Positions 1 through 8,762 are shown, numbered from the stretch's first letter. The stretch is 14,421 nt of DNA from Zygophlyctis sp. KS116 (GCA_054661495.1 BAAFSQ010000249.1:1-14421); one strand, 5' to 3'. The notes: generated by a model from the sequence alone, not told the origin. Translations and numbers: made by a program.

Positions 1-125
1 CTTTAACTAGACTTAACTTAAAGCCTTAGAGTAGCTTTAACTGTAAATCGAATCTTCAAGTAGATTTACTATCGGACAACTGTAGAAACAGACGGTTCAA
101 GTCCTAACTTTAAACACTTTATAGA

Positions 126-935
126 ATGAAGTCGGAAATCCTGATTGGATCGTTTAGTGTTTTGAATGCTCTATTGGCTAATAAAAGAAGAATTATTAAA
201 GTATTGATCGCTGAAAATCTAGTAAAAACCCCAAAAATTAATCAAATTATTCAAGTTTCTCAAGATAAAAGTGTTGCATTAGAGACGAAATCTTCAAAAT
301 TCATGGATAAATTTGCCAATGATCTTCATCATCAAGGAATAATATGTCTTGCATCACCGCTATCTCTAGAATCACTGCGAGGTTTCACTAGTATTAACGA
401 TCAGGGAGAATATTGTGGAATGTTGAATTCAAATCTAAATTTAAATTTTAAAAAGAAATCAAGAGCTCCGTTATGGATCGGCTTAGAAGAAATTGTAGAT
501 CCAAGGAATTTAGGTGCAATTATTAGATCTTGTTATTATTTTGGAGTTGATGGTATAATTACAACTAGTAGGAATTCAGCTCCTATAAATGCAACAGTGT
601 CTAAAAGTAGTGCAGGTGCAGTAGAACTCATGCAACTTTATACAAGTTTTAATTTATCAAAGTTTTTAAGAGTTTCTAAAGAGAATGGATGGAATATATT
701 TGGAACTAATTTAAGTGCGTCGTCAACAGATATAAGAGAATTTAAAAGTCTAGGAGGAAATGGTAGTATATTAGTTTTTGGAAATGAAGGCGAAGGATTA
801 TCAGGATCTATTTCCAAGATTTGTAATCAGCATTTGATGATTAAAGGGGATCAAGTGAATCCAGAATTAGTAGATTCATTAAATGTTGGGGTATCAGCAG
901 GAATATTAATGCATGAATTTATTTCAAGAATTTAA
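126..935 (+). CDS. MRM1: SpoU/TrmH-family rRNA 2'-O-methyltransferase, MRM1/Pet56-like (probably mitochondrial); 5' end may extend upstream
   Basis: SpoU motifs DPRNLGAIIRS, LVFGNEGEG and VDSLNVGVSAGILMHE are present, plus the N-terminal substrate-binding HQG motif. A possible upstream exon 30-94 joined by a 30-nt intron 95-124 (GTTCAA...CTAAC...TATAG) is in frame with the ATG at 126. Confidence 0.85.
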   Translation: MKSEILIGSFSVLNALLANKRRIIKVLIAENLVKTPKINQIIQVSQDKSVALETKSSKFMDKFANDLHHQGIICLASPLSLESLRGFTSINDQGEYCGMLNSNLNLNFKKKSRAPLWIGLEEIVDPRNLGAIIRSCYYFGVDGIITTSRNSAPINATVSKSSAGAVELMQLYTSFNLSKFLRVSKENGWNIFGTNLSASSTDIREFKSLGGNGSILVFGNEGEGLSGSISKICNQHLMIKGDQVNPELVDSLNVGVSAGILMHEFISRI

Positions 936-1021
936 TAGTAAATTACATTTTATAGTTTTGACTCTTGACGGTCCATACAACTAGACACTGTCTCTCACCT
1001 TGCACTTAAGATCAAAAAAAA

Positions 1022-2781
1022 ATGATGCAACCGCAAATAATCATTTTGAAGGAAGGAACAGACACTTCTCAAGGAAAGGGACAGCTTCTCTCAAATATTT
1101 CTGCATGCGAGACTATCGCAGACGTTGTCCGAACGACTCTAGGGCCACGGGGAATGGATAAGTTGATGGTGGATTCAAAAGGAGATGTAACAATTTCAAA
1201 TGATGGCGCAACTATACTCAAATTGCTAGATGTTGTACATCCTGCTGGTAAAGCTTTGGTAGATGTTTCTCGGGCCCAGGATGCAGAGGTGATTTGTACA
1301 ATTTAATCTTTTAGGTCGGAGATGGTACAACATCAGTAACTCTAGTCTCTGCAGAACTGTTAAAGCAAGTTAAACAGTTTGTTGAAGATGGTGTTTCTCC
1401 CCAAATTATAATGAAAGGATTTAGAAAAGGTTGTGATTTAGTAATTTTATTTTTAATTTTTAATATTAGGCTGTGAATAAAATTAAAGAAATTGCAGTCA
1501 CTATTGAAAAATCCAATGAAAAGGAATTTAGAAGTCTTTTGGAAAAATGTGCTGCAACTGCAATGTCTTCAAAATTGATTCATTCTCATAAAGACTTTTT
1601 CACAAAAATGGTTGTAGATGCTGTAATGTCTTTAGATCAAGAAGAACTAAATGAAAACTTGATTGGGATTAAAAAGGTTGCTGGAGGTGCAATGGAAGAC
1701 TCTTTGTTAGTTGCTGGTGTTGCTTTTAAAAAGACTTTCTCTTATGCTGGGTTTGAACAACAACCAAAAAGTTTTAAAAATCCAAAGATTCTTTCATTGA
1801 ATGTAGAATTAGAATTAAAGGCAGAAAGAGATAATGCAGAAGTTCGTATTGAACATGTAGATGTATGCTTGAAAACTTTTTTTTATAATGATTTAGGATT
1901 ATCAGTCTATTGTTGATGCAGAATGGTCAATCATTTATGATAAACTTGAAAAAATTGTTGCGACTGGTGCAAAGGTGGTCTTATCTAAACTTCCTATTGG
2001 AGATTTAGCTACCCAATATTTTGCTGATAGAGATATTTTCTGTGCTGGTCGAGTGGCTTCAGGTGATCTTAATAGAGTGGTAAAGGCTGTTGGAGGTGCT
2101 GTTCAAACGTCTGTAAATGATATTGAAGAAAAACACTTGGGACGTTGTGAATCATTTGAGGAAATTCAAATAGGAAGTGATCGTTACAATCTTTTTGTGG
2201 GATGTCCAATCGCTAAAACATGTACTCTAGTGCTACGTGGTGGAGCTGAACAATTTATTGCTGAAGTGGAACGCTCCCTTCATGATGCAATCATGATTGT
2301 ACGACGTGCAATCAAAAACAAGACTGTTGTCGCTGGTGGTGGAGCCACTGAAATGGTTTTATCTAGCTATCTCCGTCAGCACTCTCGAACTATTGAAGGA
2401 AAACAGCAAATGATTATTGCAGCAATGGCAAAAGCTTTAGAGATTATTCCTCGTCAACTTTGTGATAATGCTGGTTTTGACGCAACAGATATTCTCAATC
2501 AACTCCGTCAAAAGCACTCCAAAGGTATAATTTGAATTTTTTAAACAAAAGGGTTTAACTGGTATGGTGTCGATATGGAATCGGAATCAATTGCAGATAA
2601 TTTTGAAAAGTTTGTCTGGGAGCCTGCGCTCGTTAAAAGTAATTGTATCTCTGCAGCTACAGAAGCAGCCTGCTTGATTCTATCTGTTGATGAAACTGTC
2701 CGTAATGCGCAGGCTGATAAGCCTGACATGGGAATGCCTCGTGGACGTGGAAGAGGAGGTCGTGGAAGAGGTCGTAGATAA
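1022..2781 (+). CDS. CCT7: T-complex protein 1 subunit eta (CCT/TRiC chaperonin), 547 aa, 5 exons
   Basis: Exons 1022-1288, 1315-1440, 1470-1862, 1897-2524 and 2552-2781 total 1644 nt. GT-AG introns are 26, 29, 34 and 27 nt. Splicing restores [22 protein letters not shown] and WYGVD. Motifs TLGPRGMDK and [15 protein letters not shown] and the RG-rich tail match the eta subunit. Confidence 0.96.
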
Positions 2782-2985
2782 AAAAGACTGTAAAAGAAAA
2801 ACTAATTCTTTCAAAACTTTTTATTGAGAAAATGCAACCCCCTACTAATCTAAAGATATATTCACTACGATAACCTAGAATATAAATCAAAAAAATGACT
2901 TACCGTGCTATTGGAATAGCACACCGCAAGCTGGTCACCTTTATGGGACCAGGCCACTTCGAAAACACCACCATTACCTGCATCA
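1389..2985 (+). repeat. Tandem segmental duplication, copy 1 (about 1597 bp)
   Basis: Matches 3032-4628 at a constant offset of 1643, with identical ORF translations. The only internal difference I noticed by eye is T1431 vs A3074 (synonymous Gly). Confidence 0.97.
2845..2985 (-). pseudogene. Orphan 3' fragment of the TBL1/SIF2-like gene (last exon, last intron, part of penultimate exon)
   Basis: Copy of 4488-4628. It encodes [27 protein letters not shown]|VIVVNISLD* with the intron at 2875-2903 and has no upstream gene body. Confidence 0.88.
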
Positions 2986-3038
2986 CAGTTTTTAATTAGA
3001 TAGGTATCGGGATAATAGAAATCCTACATTTTGGTGTT
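2985..3038 (+). repeat. 54-nt templated insertion at the duplication junction, copied from CYC8 intron 3/exon 4
   Basis: ACAGTTTTTAATTAGATAGGTATCGGGATAATAGAAATCCTACATTTTGGTGTT is identical to 7573-7626, in the same orientation. Confidence 0.97.
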
Positions 3039-4424
3039 TCTCCCCAAATTATAATGAAAGGATTTAGAAAAGGATGTGATTTAGTAATTTTATTTTTAAT
3101 TTTTAATATTAGGCTGTGAATAAAATTAAAGAAATTGCAGTCACTATTGAAAAATCCAATGAAAAGGAATTTAGAAGTCTTTTGGAAAAATGTGCTGCAA
3201 CTGCAATGTCTTCAAAATTGATTCATTCTCATAAAGACTTTTTCACAAAAATGGTTGTAGATGCTGTAATGTCTTTAGATCAAGAAGAACTAAATGAAAA
3301 CTTGATTGGGATTAAAAAGGTTGCTGGAGGTGCAATGGAAGACTCTTTGTTAGTTGCTGGTGTTGCTTTTAAAAAGACTTTCTCTTATGCTGGGTTTGAA
3401 CAACAACCAAAAAGTTTTAAAAATCCAAAGATTCTTTCATTGAATGTAGAATTAGAATTAAAGGCAGAAAGAGATAATGCAGAAGTTCGTATTGAACATG
3501 TAGATGTATGCTTGAAAACTTTTTTTTATAATGATTTAGGATTATCAGTCTATTGTTGATGCAGAATGGTCAATCATTTATGATAAACTTGAAAAAATTG
3601 TTGCGACTGGTGCAAAGGTGGTCTTATCTAAACTTCCTATTGGAGATTTAGCTACCCAATATTTTGCTGATAGAGATATTTTCTGTGCTGGTCGAGTGGC
3701 TTCAGGTGATCTTAATAGAGTGGTAAAGGCTGTTGGAGGTGCTGTTCAAACGTCTGTAAATGATATTGAAGAAAAACACTTGGGACGTTGTGAATCATTT
3801 GAGGAAATTCAAATAGGAAGTGATCGTTACAATCTTTTTGTGGGATGTCCAATCGCTAAAACATGTACTCTAGTGCTACGTGGTGGAGCTGAACAATTTA
3901 TTGCTGAAGTGGAACGCTCCCTTCATGATGCAATCATGATTGTACGACGTGCAATCAAAAACAAGACTGTTGTCGCTGGTGGTGGAGCCACTGAAATGGT
4001 TTTATCTAGCTATCTCCGTCAGCACTCTCGAACTATTGAAGGAAAACAGCAAATGATTATTGCAGCAATGGCAAAAGCTTTAGAGATTATTCCTCGTCAA
4101 CTTTGTGATAATGCTGGTTTTGACGCAACAGATATTCTCAATCAACTCCGTCAAAAGCACTCCAAAGGTATAATTTGAATTTTTTAAACAAAAGGGTTTA
4201 ACTGGTATGGTGTCGATATGGAATCGGAATCAATTGCAGATAATTTTGAAAAGTTTGTCTGGGAGCCTGCGCTCGTTAAAAGTAATTGTATCTCTGCAGC
4301 TACAGAAGCAGCCTGCTTGATTCTATCTGTTGATGAAACTGTCCGTAATGCGCAGGCTGATAAGCCTGACATGGGAATGCCTCGTGGACGTGGAAGAGGA
4401 GGTCGTGGAAGAGGTCGTAGATAA
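3032..4424 (+). pseudogene. CCT7: 5'-truncated duplicate of CCT7, lacking the promoter, exon 1 and most of exon 2
   Basis: It starts within exon 2 at GVSPQIIMK and lacks the LGPRG and GDGTT nucleotide-binding motifs. Introns are at 3084-3112, 3506-3539 and 4168-4194. The first in-frame ATG is at 3054 (equivalent to Met122). Confidence 0.88.
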
Positions 4425-4628
4425 AAAAGACTGTAAAAGAAAAACTAATTCTTTCAAAACTTTTTATTGAGAAAATGCAACCCCCTACTAATCTAAAGAT
4501 ATATTCACTACGATAACCTAGAATATAAATCAAAAAAATGACTTACCGTGCTATTGGAATAGCACACCGCAAGCTGGTCACCTTTATGGGACCAGGCCAC
4601 TTCGAAAACACCACCATTACCTGCATCA
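3032..4628 (+). repeat. Tandem segmental duplication, copy 2
   Basis: Matches 1389-2985. It continues without a break into the intact TBL1/SIF2-like gene. Confidence 0.97.
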
Positions 4629-6233
4629 TAGTTTTTAACAATAGAGCCATCCTAAGTCTAAGTAAAAGATAATCTACCTTTATATTTCGAATTATAAACT
4701 TTTGATCAAATGATCCACTGGCTAAATATAGAGAATCTGGACTAAAGGCGACAGTATAAACAGCTTCTTGATGGTCTTGGAATTTATAGATACAGCAGCC
4801 AGCTAAAACATCAAATACTCTTACAGTGAAATCAAAGGATCCACTAAATGTTTAAGTCTAAAGATAATTCTTACGAGGCAATCAATTTCTTATCCGAATG
4901 GGGTGGGTTCCAACGAATTGTATAAATTTCTTTTTCGTGCCCAGTTAAATCGCACTTTGGATCTTCCGAATCCATTGTCCAAACCTTGACTGTATAATCA
5001 TCAGAGCAAGAAGCCAAGTACACGCCAGAAGGATCCCATCTTATAGCATTAACTTCCCCTTTATGTCCTGAAAACTGTTGAAGTGGTGCTAAAGAACCTA
5101 ATTGACATACAAATATTTGTTTATCATTTGAACATGTAGCAAATGTAATATCATCCCTCCAATCTACATCTAAACAAGGAGCTGAATGAAACTCAAATTG
5201 TTGCCTTACTTCACCAGAGGAAGGATCCCATACTATAGCAGTCTTGTCTACACTACCTGTAAGAAGAACATCCCCTTTTTTATTCCATTTTACAGCAAAT
5301 ATCGGCCCAGTATGTTTTTTGAGAATAGTCTTCATTTTCCCTAATTTTCAATATTATTAAAGTCTTACCTTGAATCGTCCAAATCCTAGCAATCCCATCA
5401 TATGAACCAGTAGCCAGCACTTGACCAGTTGGATGCCAATCTAAAGTTGTAACATCTTTAGTATCAGACTCTGAAGCATGTTGTAGTACTATTGGAGGAG
5501 CTTTAGAATCATTTATAGACCATATTCTTGCAGTCCCATCTCCTGACCTAAACCTTGAGATAAAGTAAAAATACCCAGTAGCAATCCATTCATCATCTCT
5601 ATTCCAAGCACAAGTAAAAACCTCTGCCGAATGACCATGATAACTAACCCAGTCTGATTTTTCCTGTATTATAATTGGAGAATCCATGTCCATACTATCC
5701 TTGCCATCTTCTTGTAAAGCACTATTTGCCATGACAGTGTTTGCCATGAGAGTATTTTCCATGACAGTGTTTTCCATGACAGTATTTGCCATGACAGTAT
5801 TTTCAAGAGTAGCTGGAACTAGCGGTACAAAAGCATTTGAAGGACTATCAAAACCTTGCCCATCAAGAGTTGGAAGAGTCTTTTTGTCCGGAATATGAAA
5901 TGTTTCCTGAAATTCCTCTTCTTCAACTCGTTGATTTTCAAGTATTTCACTTGGATCTGGATAAATTTGACATTCATGCGCCCCCAATAGTGTGAATGGA
6001 GCCAAACATTTTACAATATTACCTTGCGGCGAGACATGTGCTTCCAAAGACATATACAATAAACCCTTTTGTAGTATTCTTATTAAAAAACCTGGACCCA
6101 CTTGTGATCCCTTTATATCAGATTTTAGAATCCCAGACTCGTTTGCAAAAGAGAAACTAGAATGAGAGAACCCAGACTCTGTCAGATAGCGATAAATCAA
6201 ATAATTTATCTCATCAGAAGTGAGATTTGTCAT
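4488..6233 (-). CDS. SIF2: TBL1/TBL1XR1/Sif2-like LisH + WD40 corepressor subunit, about 534 aa, 6 exons
   Basis: The N-terminal LisH sequence [26 protein letters not shown] and WD40 repeats ([40 protein letters not shown]) are typical of TBL1. Introns 5574-5548 (27 nt), 5368-5341 (28), 4874-4844 (31), 4677-4652 (26) and 4546-4518 (29) give a 1605-nt CDS ending in TAG. The ATG is at 6233. Confidence 0.92.
5723..5812 (-). repeat. Coding 15-nt minisatellite (5 units plus 1 degenerate), encoding (E/A)NT(V/L)M pentapeptides in the LisH-WD40 linker
   Basis: On the + strand: tatttgccatgacag tgtttgccatgagag tattttccatgacag tgttttccatgacag tatttgccatgacag tattttcaagagtag. Confidence 0.93.
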
Positions 6234-6492
6234 TTCCTGCACCCTACCCTGCGCCACGTTTTAAGAATTTTACAAGAGAATTTTAACCCTCTAAAGTAAC
6301 CCTCTGAAAAAATTATAAACCTGTCGTGCGCTAATTTTAATAAAGAATTCCCTTCCTAACCTTGCATTTTTGAGTTTTGAGTCCATTTTTCCTAGTGTGT
6401 CCAGGTCCAGTCCTTTCAAAGCAAATAGTAAATTGAGAAAATTGAGCAACAAAATTTTAAATTTAAAAATTCTTTTGAAAAAAAAAAAAAAA
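6234..6492. promoter_or_regulatory. Putative bidirectional promoter between the TBL1/SIF2-like and CYC8-like genes
   Basis: 259 bp lie between the divergent ATGs. TAACCCTCT occurs twice (6284-6292, 6297-6305), and an A15 tract (6478-6492) directly precedes the CYC8 ATG. Confidence 0.6.
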
Positions 6493-8107
6493 ATGTCAAA
6501 AGCAGAATTAACAAAACTGACTCAATTGAATGAAAGTACTTGGATAAAACTAGGGAATTTAGCAAGTGAACTCTTGCCTTTTGAAAAAACTGTAAACTGT
6601 TATGAAATGGCTCTTCGTAGCTCTCCATTCTCAACTGATGCATTGAATGGATTGGCAACTTGTTATAGGAATCACGAACTCTATGGACAGGCTGCAGATA
6701 TATATCAAAGGTAAATATTATATTTTTCTACTTTTCTACTATTTCTACTATTTCTCTACTATTTCTCTAAATTCTAAATAAAATTATTTAGCGAAATTAT
6801 AGAAAATTAGAGGAAATTATTTAGCGAAATTATAGAGAAAATTAGAGAAAAATTATAGAGAAACTAATGCACTAGACTCATCAATTTACTTCCTCATAGT
6901 GGTGATACTTGGGGTGCGCTAGGTCATTGTTATTTAATGATGGATGAATTACAAAAAGCTTATTCTGCTTATCAACAGGCTCTATACTATTTAAAAAATC
7001 CTAGAGAACCGAAATTATGGTATGGAATAGGGATACTATATGATAGATATGGGTCTTTTGAGCATGCGGAAGAGGCTTTATGCGCAGTTTTACAAATGGA
7101 TCCGCATTTTGAAAAAGCAAATGAAATTTATTTTAGATTGGGAATTATTTCAAAACAACAAGGGAAATTTGAAACTGCTATAGAATGTTTCGAGTATATA
7201 TTAAATAATCCTCCTCCGCCATTAACAAGGAATGATGTCTACTTTCAGCTTGGTAAGAATAGGAAGGGATTCTAATGGATAGGTCATGTATATGAACAAC
7301 AATCTCAATCAGAAAAATCAAAAAATATATATGAATCTATTTTAAAGGAAAATCCTAATCATTCAAAGGTTTTGCAACAATTAGGTTGGTTATATCAAGA
7401 TACTAAAACAAACTTTCATGATGCAGAAAAGGCTATAAGTTTGTTACTAAAGTCTTTGGAAGTGGATGGAAAGGATGCTCAGTCTTGGTATTTGTTGGGA
7501 AGATGTTATATGCATCAACAAAAATATAATGAGGCGTATGATGCTTATCAACAAGCAGTGTATTTAAATTTTACAGTTTTTAATTAGATAGGTATCGGGA
7601 TAATAGAAATCCTACATTTTGGTGTTCAATTGGTGTTTTATATTACCAAATTAATCAATTTTCAGATGCTTTAGATGCATATGGACGTGCTCTTAGATTA
7701 AATCCTTATATTAGTGAAGTTTGGTAATCTATAAATTCTCTTATGATAGGTATGATTTAGGAACTTTATATGAATCTTGTAATAATCAAATCCCAGATGC
7801 AATTGATGCTTATTCTCGTGCACTTGAATTGGATCCTAATAATGCACAAATAAAGCAAAGACTGACTGCTCTTAGACAATCTCAAACTGCTACAAGTGTA
7901 AACTCTTCCACACCTTCTTCATCTGGAATTGCTTCTAGTAATATTCCTTCTACTCAGCAGCTACAGCGACTTTCTGTAGGCCTACCTCAAGTTGGAACAC
8001 CAAACTTGAATCCAACTCCAATTCCTAGTATGGACGCTGGTAAATCTAACCCAGACACGATTCCCAGGATTCAAAAGCCTTTAGATAATTCATCTCATCT
8101 AAAATAG
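6493..8107 (+). CDS. CYC8: Cyc8/Ssn6-like TPR general transcriptional corepressor, about 453 aa, 5 exons
   Basis: Splicing introns 6711-6875 (165 nt), 7253-7282 (30), 7560-7591 (32) and 7724-7749 (26) gives a 1362-nt CDS. It carries Ssn6 hallmark sequences WGALGHCYLMMDELQKAYSAYQQAL, PKLWYGIGILYDRYGS, AYQQAVYRDNRNPTFWCSIGVLYYQINQ and SEVWYDLGTLYESCNNQ. Confidence 0.94.
6711..6875 (+). other. 165-nt intron 1 of CYC8, filled by an imperfect fold-back of complementary simple repeats
   Basis: GTAAAT donor, ACTAAT branch site at 6863-6868 and CTAG acceptor. The left arm is (TTTCT[CT]ACTA)n-like and the right arm (TAGAGAAAAT)n-like. The centre is CTAAATA-aaat-TATTTAG at 6774-6791. Confidence 0.85.
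7573..7626 (+). repeat. Donor sequence of the 54-nt junction insert
   Basis: Identical to 2985-3038. Here it is integral to the CYC8 gene (acceptor site plus YRDNRNPTFWC), so this is the original copy. Confidence 0.95.
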
Positions 8108-8112
8108 ACGAT

Positions 8113-8733
8113 TTATTCTTTAACAACTCCAACTTGAGCAGCCCTCAGAACTCTTCCAACAATTTTGAATCCTGTTTTTTGAACTGCAAAAATAGTTCCT
8201 GGTTCTTTTCCTGGCATTTGAGCTTGAAAGAGAGCAGAATGATAATTAGGATCAAACTTTTCTCCAATTGGATCATGTTCTTCAATTCCAAACTTTTTCA
8301 ATGTATGATGTAATTCATTTCTAGTCAATTGCACTCCAGTGTATAAATCCTTTAATGCCTTGTTTGACGATCCCTCTGATCTTTCAGCTTCTGGCACAGA
8401 CTTTAACGCCATTGTAAGAAAATCCGATGTATCTAATAAATCCTTTGCAAACTTTTGAATAGAATATGCTGCAGTATCATCAATTTCTCTTTGAGATCTT
8501 TGACGAATATTTTCAGCATCAGCCAATGCTCTTCTATATAAATCTTGTAAAATCTTTATTTGCTTTTCCTTTTCTTCCAGTAATTTGATTGGATCAGACT
8601 CTTCCTTTACTTCCTGAGCTTTTGATTCAGTATTTTCTGAATTTGGAGGAGGAGAGCTAGCAGATTGAAGGCGGTATGACTGATGCATGAATGCATTCCG
8701 AGGCACAAGGCGCAAACGACAGATTCTGTTCAT
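8113..8733 (-). CDS. MGE1: Mitochondrial GrpE nucleotide exchange factor, 206 aa, intronless
   Basis: GrpE motifs RALADAENIRQR, IQKFAKDLL, GEKFDPNYHSALFQ and GRVLRAAQVGV are present. The Arg-rich, acid-free N-terminus resembles a mitochondrial presequence. Confidence 0.95.
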   Translation of the reverse strand: MNRICRLRLVPRNAFMHQSYRLQSASSPPPNSENTESKAQEVKEESDPIKLLEEKEKQIKILQDLYRRALADAENIRQRSQREIDDTAAYSIQKFAKDLLDTSDFLTMALKSVPEAERSEGSSNKALKDLYTGVQLTRNELHHTLKKFGIEEHDPIGEKFDPNYHSALFQAQMPGKEPGTIFAVQKTGFKIVGRVLRAAQVGVVKE

Positions 8734-8762
8734 AAAAAAACTAACCTCGGCCTAGCACACTA
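8734..8762. promoter_or_regulatory. 29-bp spacer between the divergent start codons of MGE1 and MSF1
   Basis: The sequence is AAAAAAACTAACCTCGGCCTAGCACACTA. Promoter function is inferred from gene geometry only. Confidence 0.5.

Noticed and set aside
25-115. tRNA-like (even tRNA-Sec-like) pattern: TAGCTT, CTTCAA loop, CTGT-AGAA-ACAG hairpin, GGTTCAAGTCC
   Set aside because: The T-stem pairs at only 2 bp, the D-loop lacks GG and the arm spacing is wrong. The region is better explained as an upstream MRM1 exon and intron. tRNAscan-SE or Secmarker would settle it.
1022-2781. CCT7 (and other genes) as frameshifted pseudogenes, or a case of programmed frameshifting or stop-codon reassignment
   Set aside because: Every break is bounded by GT...AG and its removal restores conserved motifs exactly, so these are introns under the standard code.
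2737-2781. [13 protein letters not shown] tail as a novel RNA-binding addition
   Set aside because: RG-rich C-termini are a known feature of CCT7 orthologues.
2541-2890. Minus-strand ORFs 2541-2729 and 2657-2890, and their copies 4184-4372 and 4300-4533
   Set aside because: These are antisense shadows of CCT7 or out-of-frame overlaps with the TBL1 last exon, with no recognisable motifs.
1389-4628. Duplication as an LTR or transposon product
   Set aside because: There are no terminal inverted repeats, target-site duplication or transposase/RT. The repeated unit is ordinary gene sequence with its introns retained.
5686-5898. 70-aa + strand ORF with MTVF repeats; also considered as a CRISPR-like array
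   Set aside because: It is the antisense reading of the coding minisatellite. The units are contiguous with no spacers, and the context is eukaryotic.
6370-6492. N-terminal extensions from TTG/GTG starts in the ORF track (CYC8 at 6370, TBL1 at 6257, and internal exon 'starts')
   Set aside because: These are prokaryotic-style start calls. Homology begins at ATG 6493 and ATG 6233, and the poly-Lys is just the A-tract.
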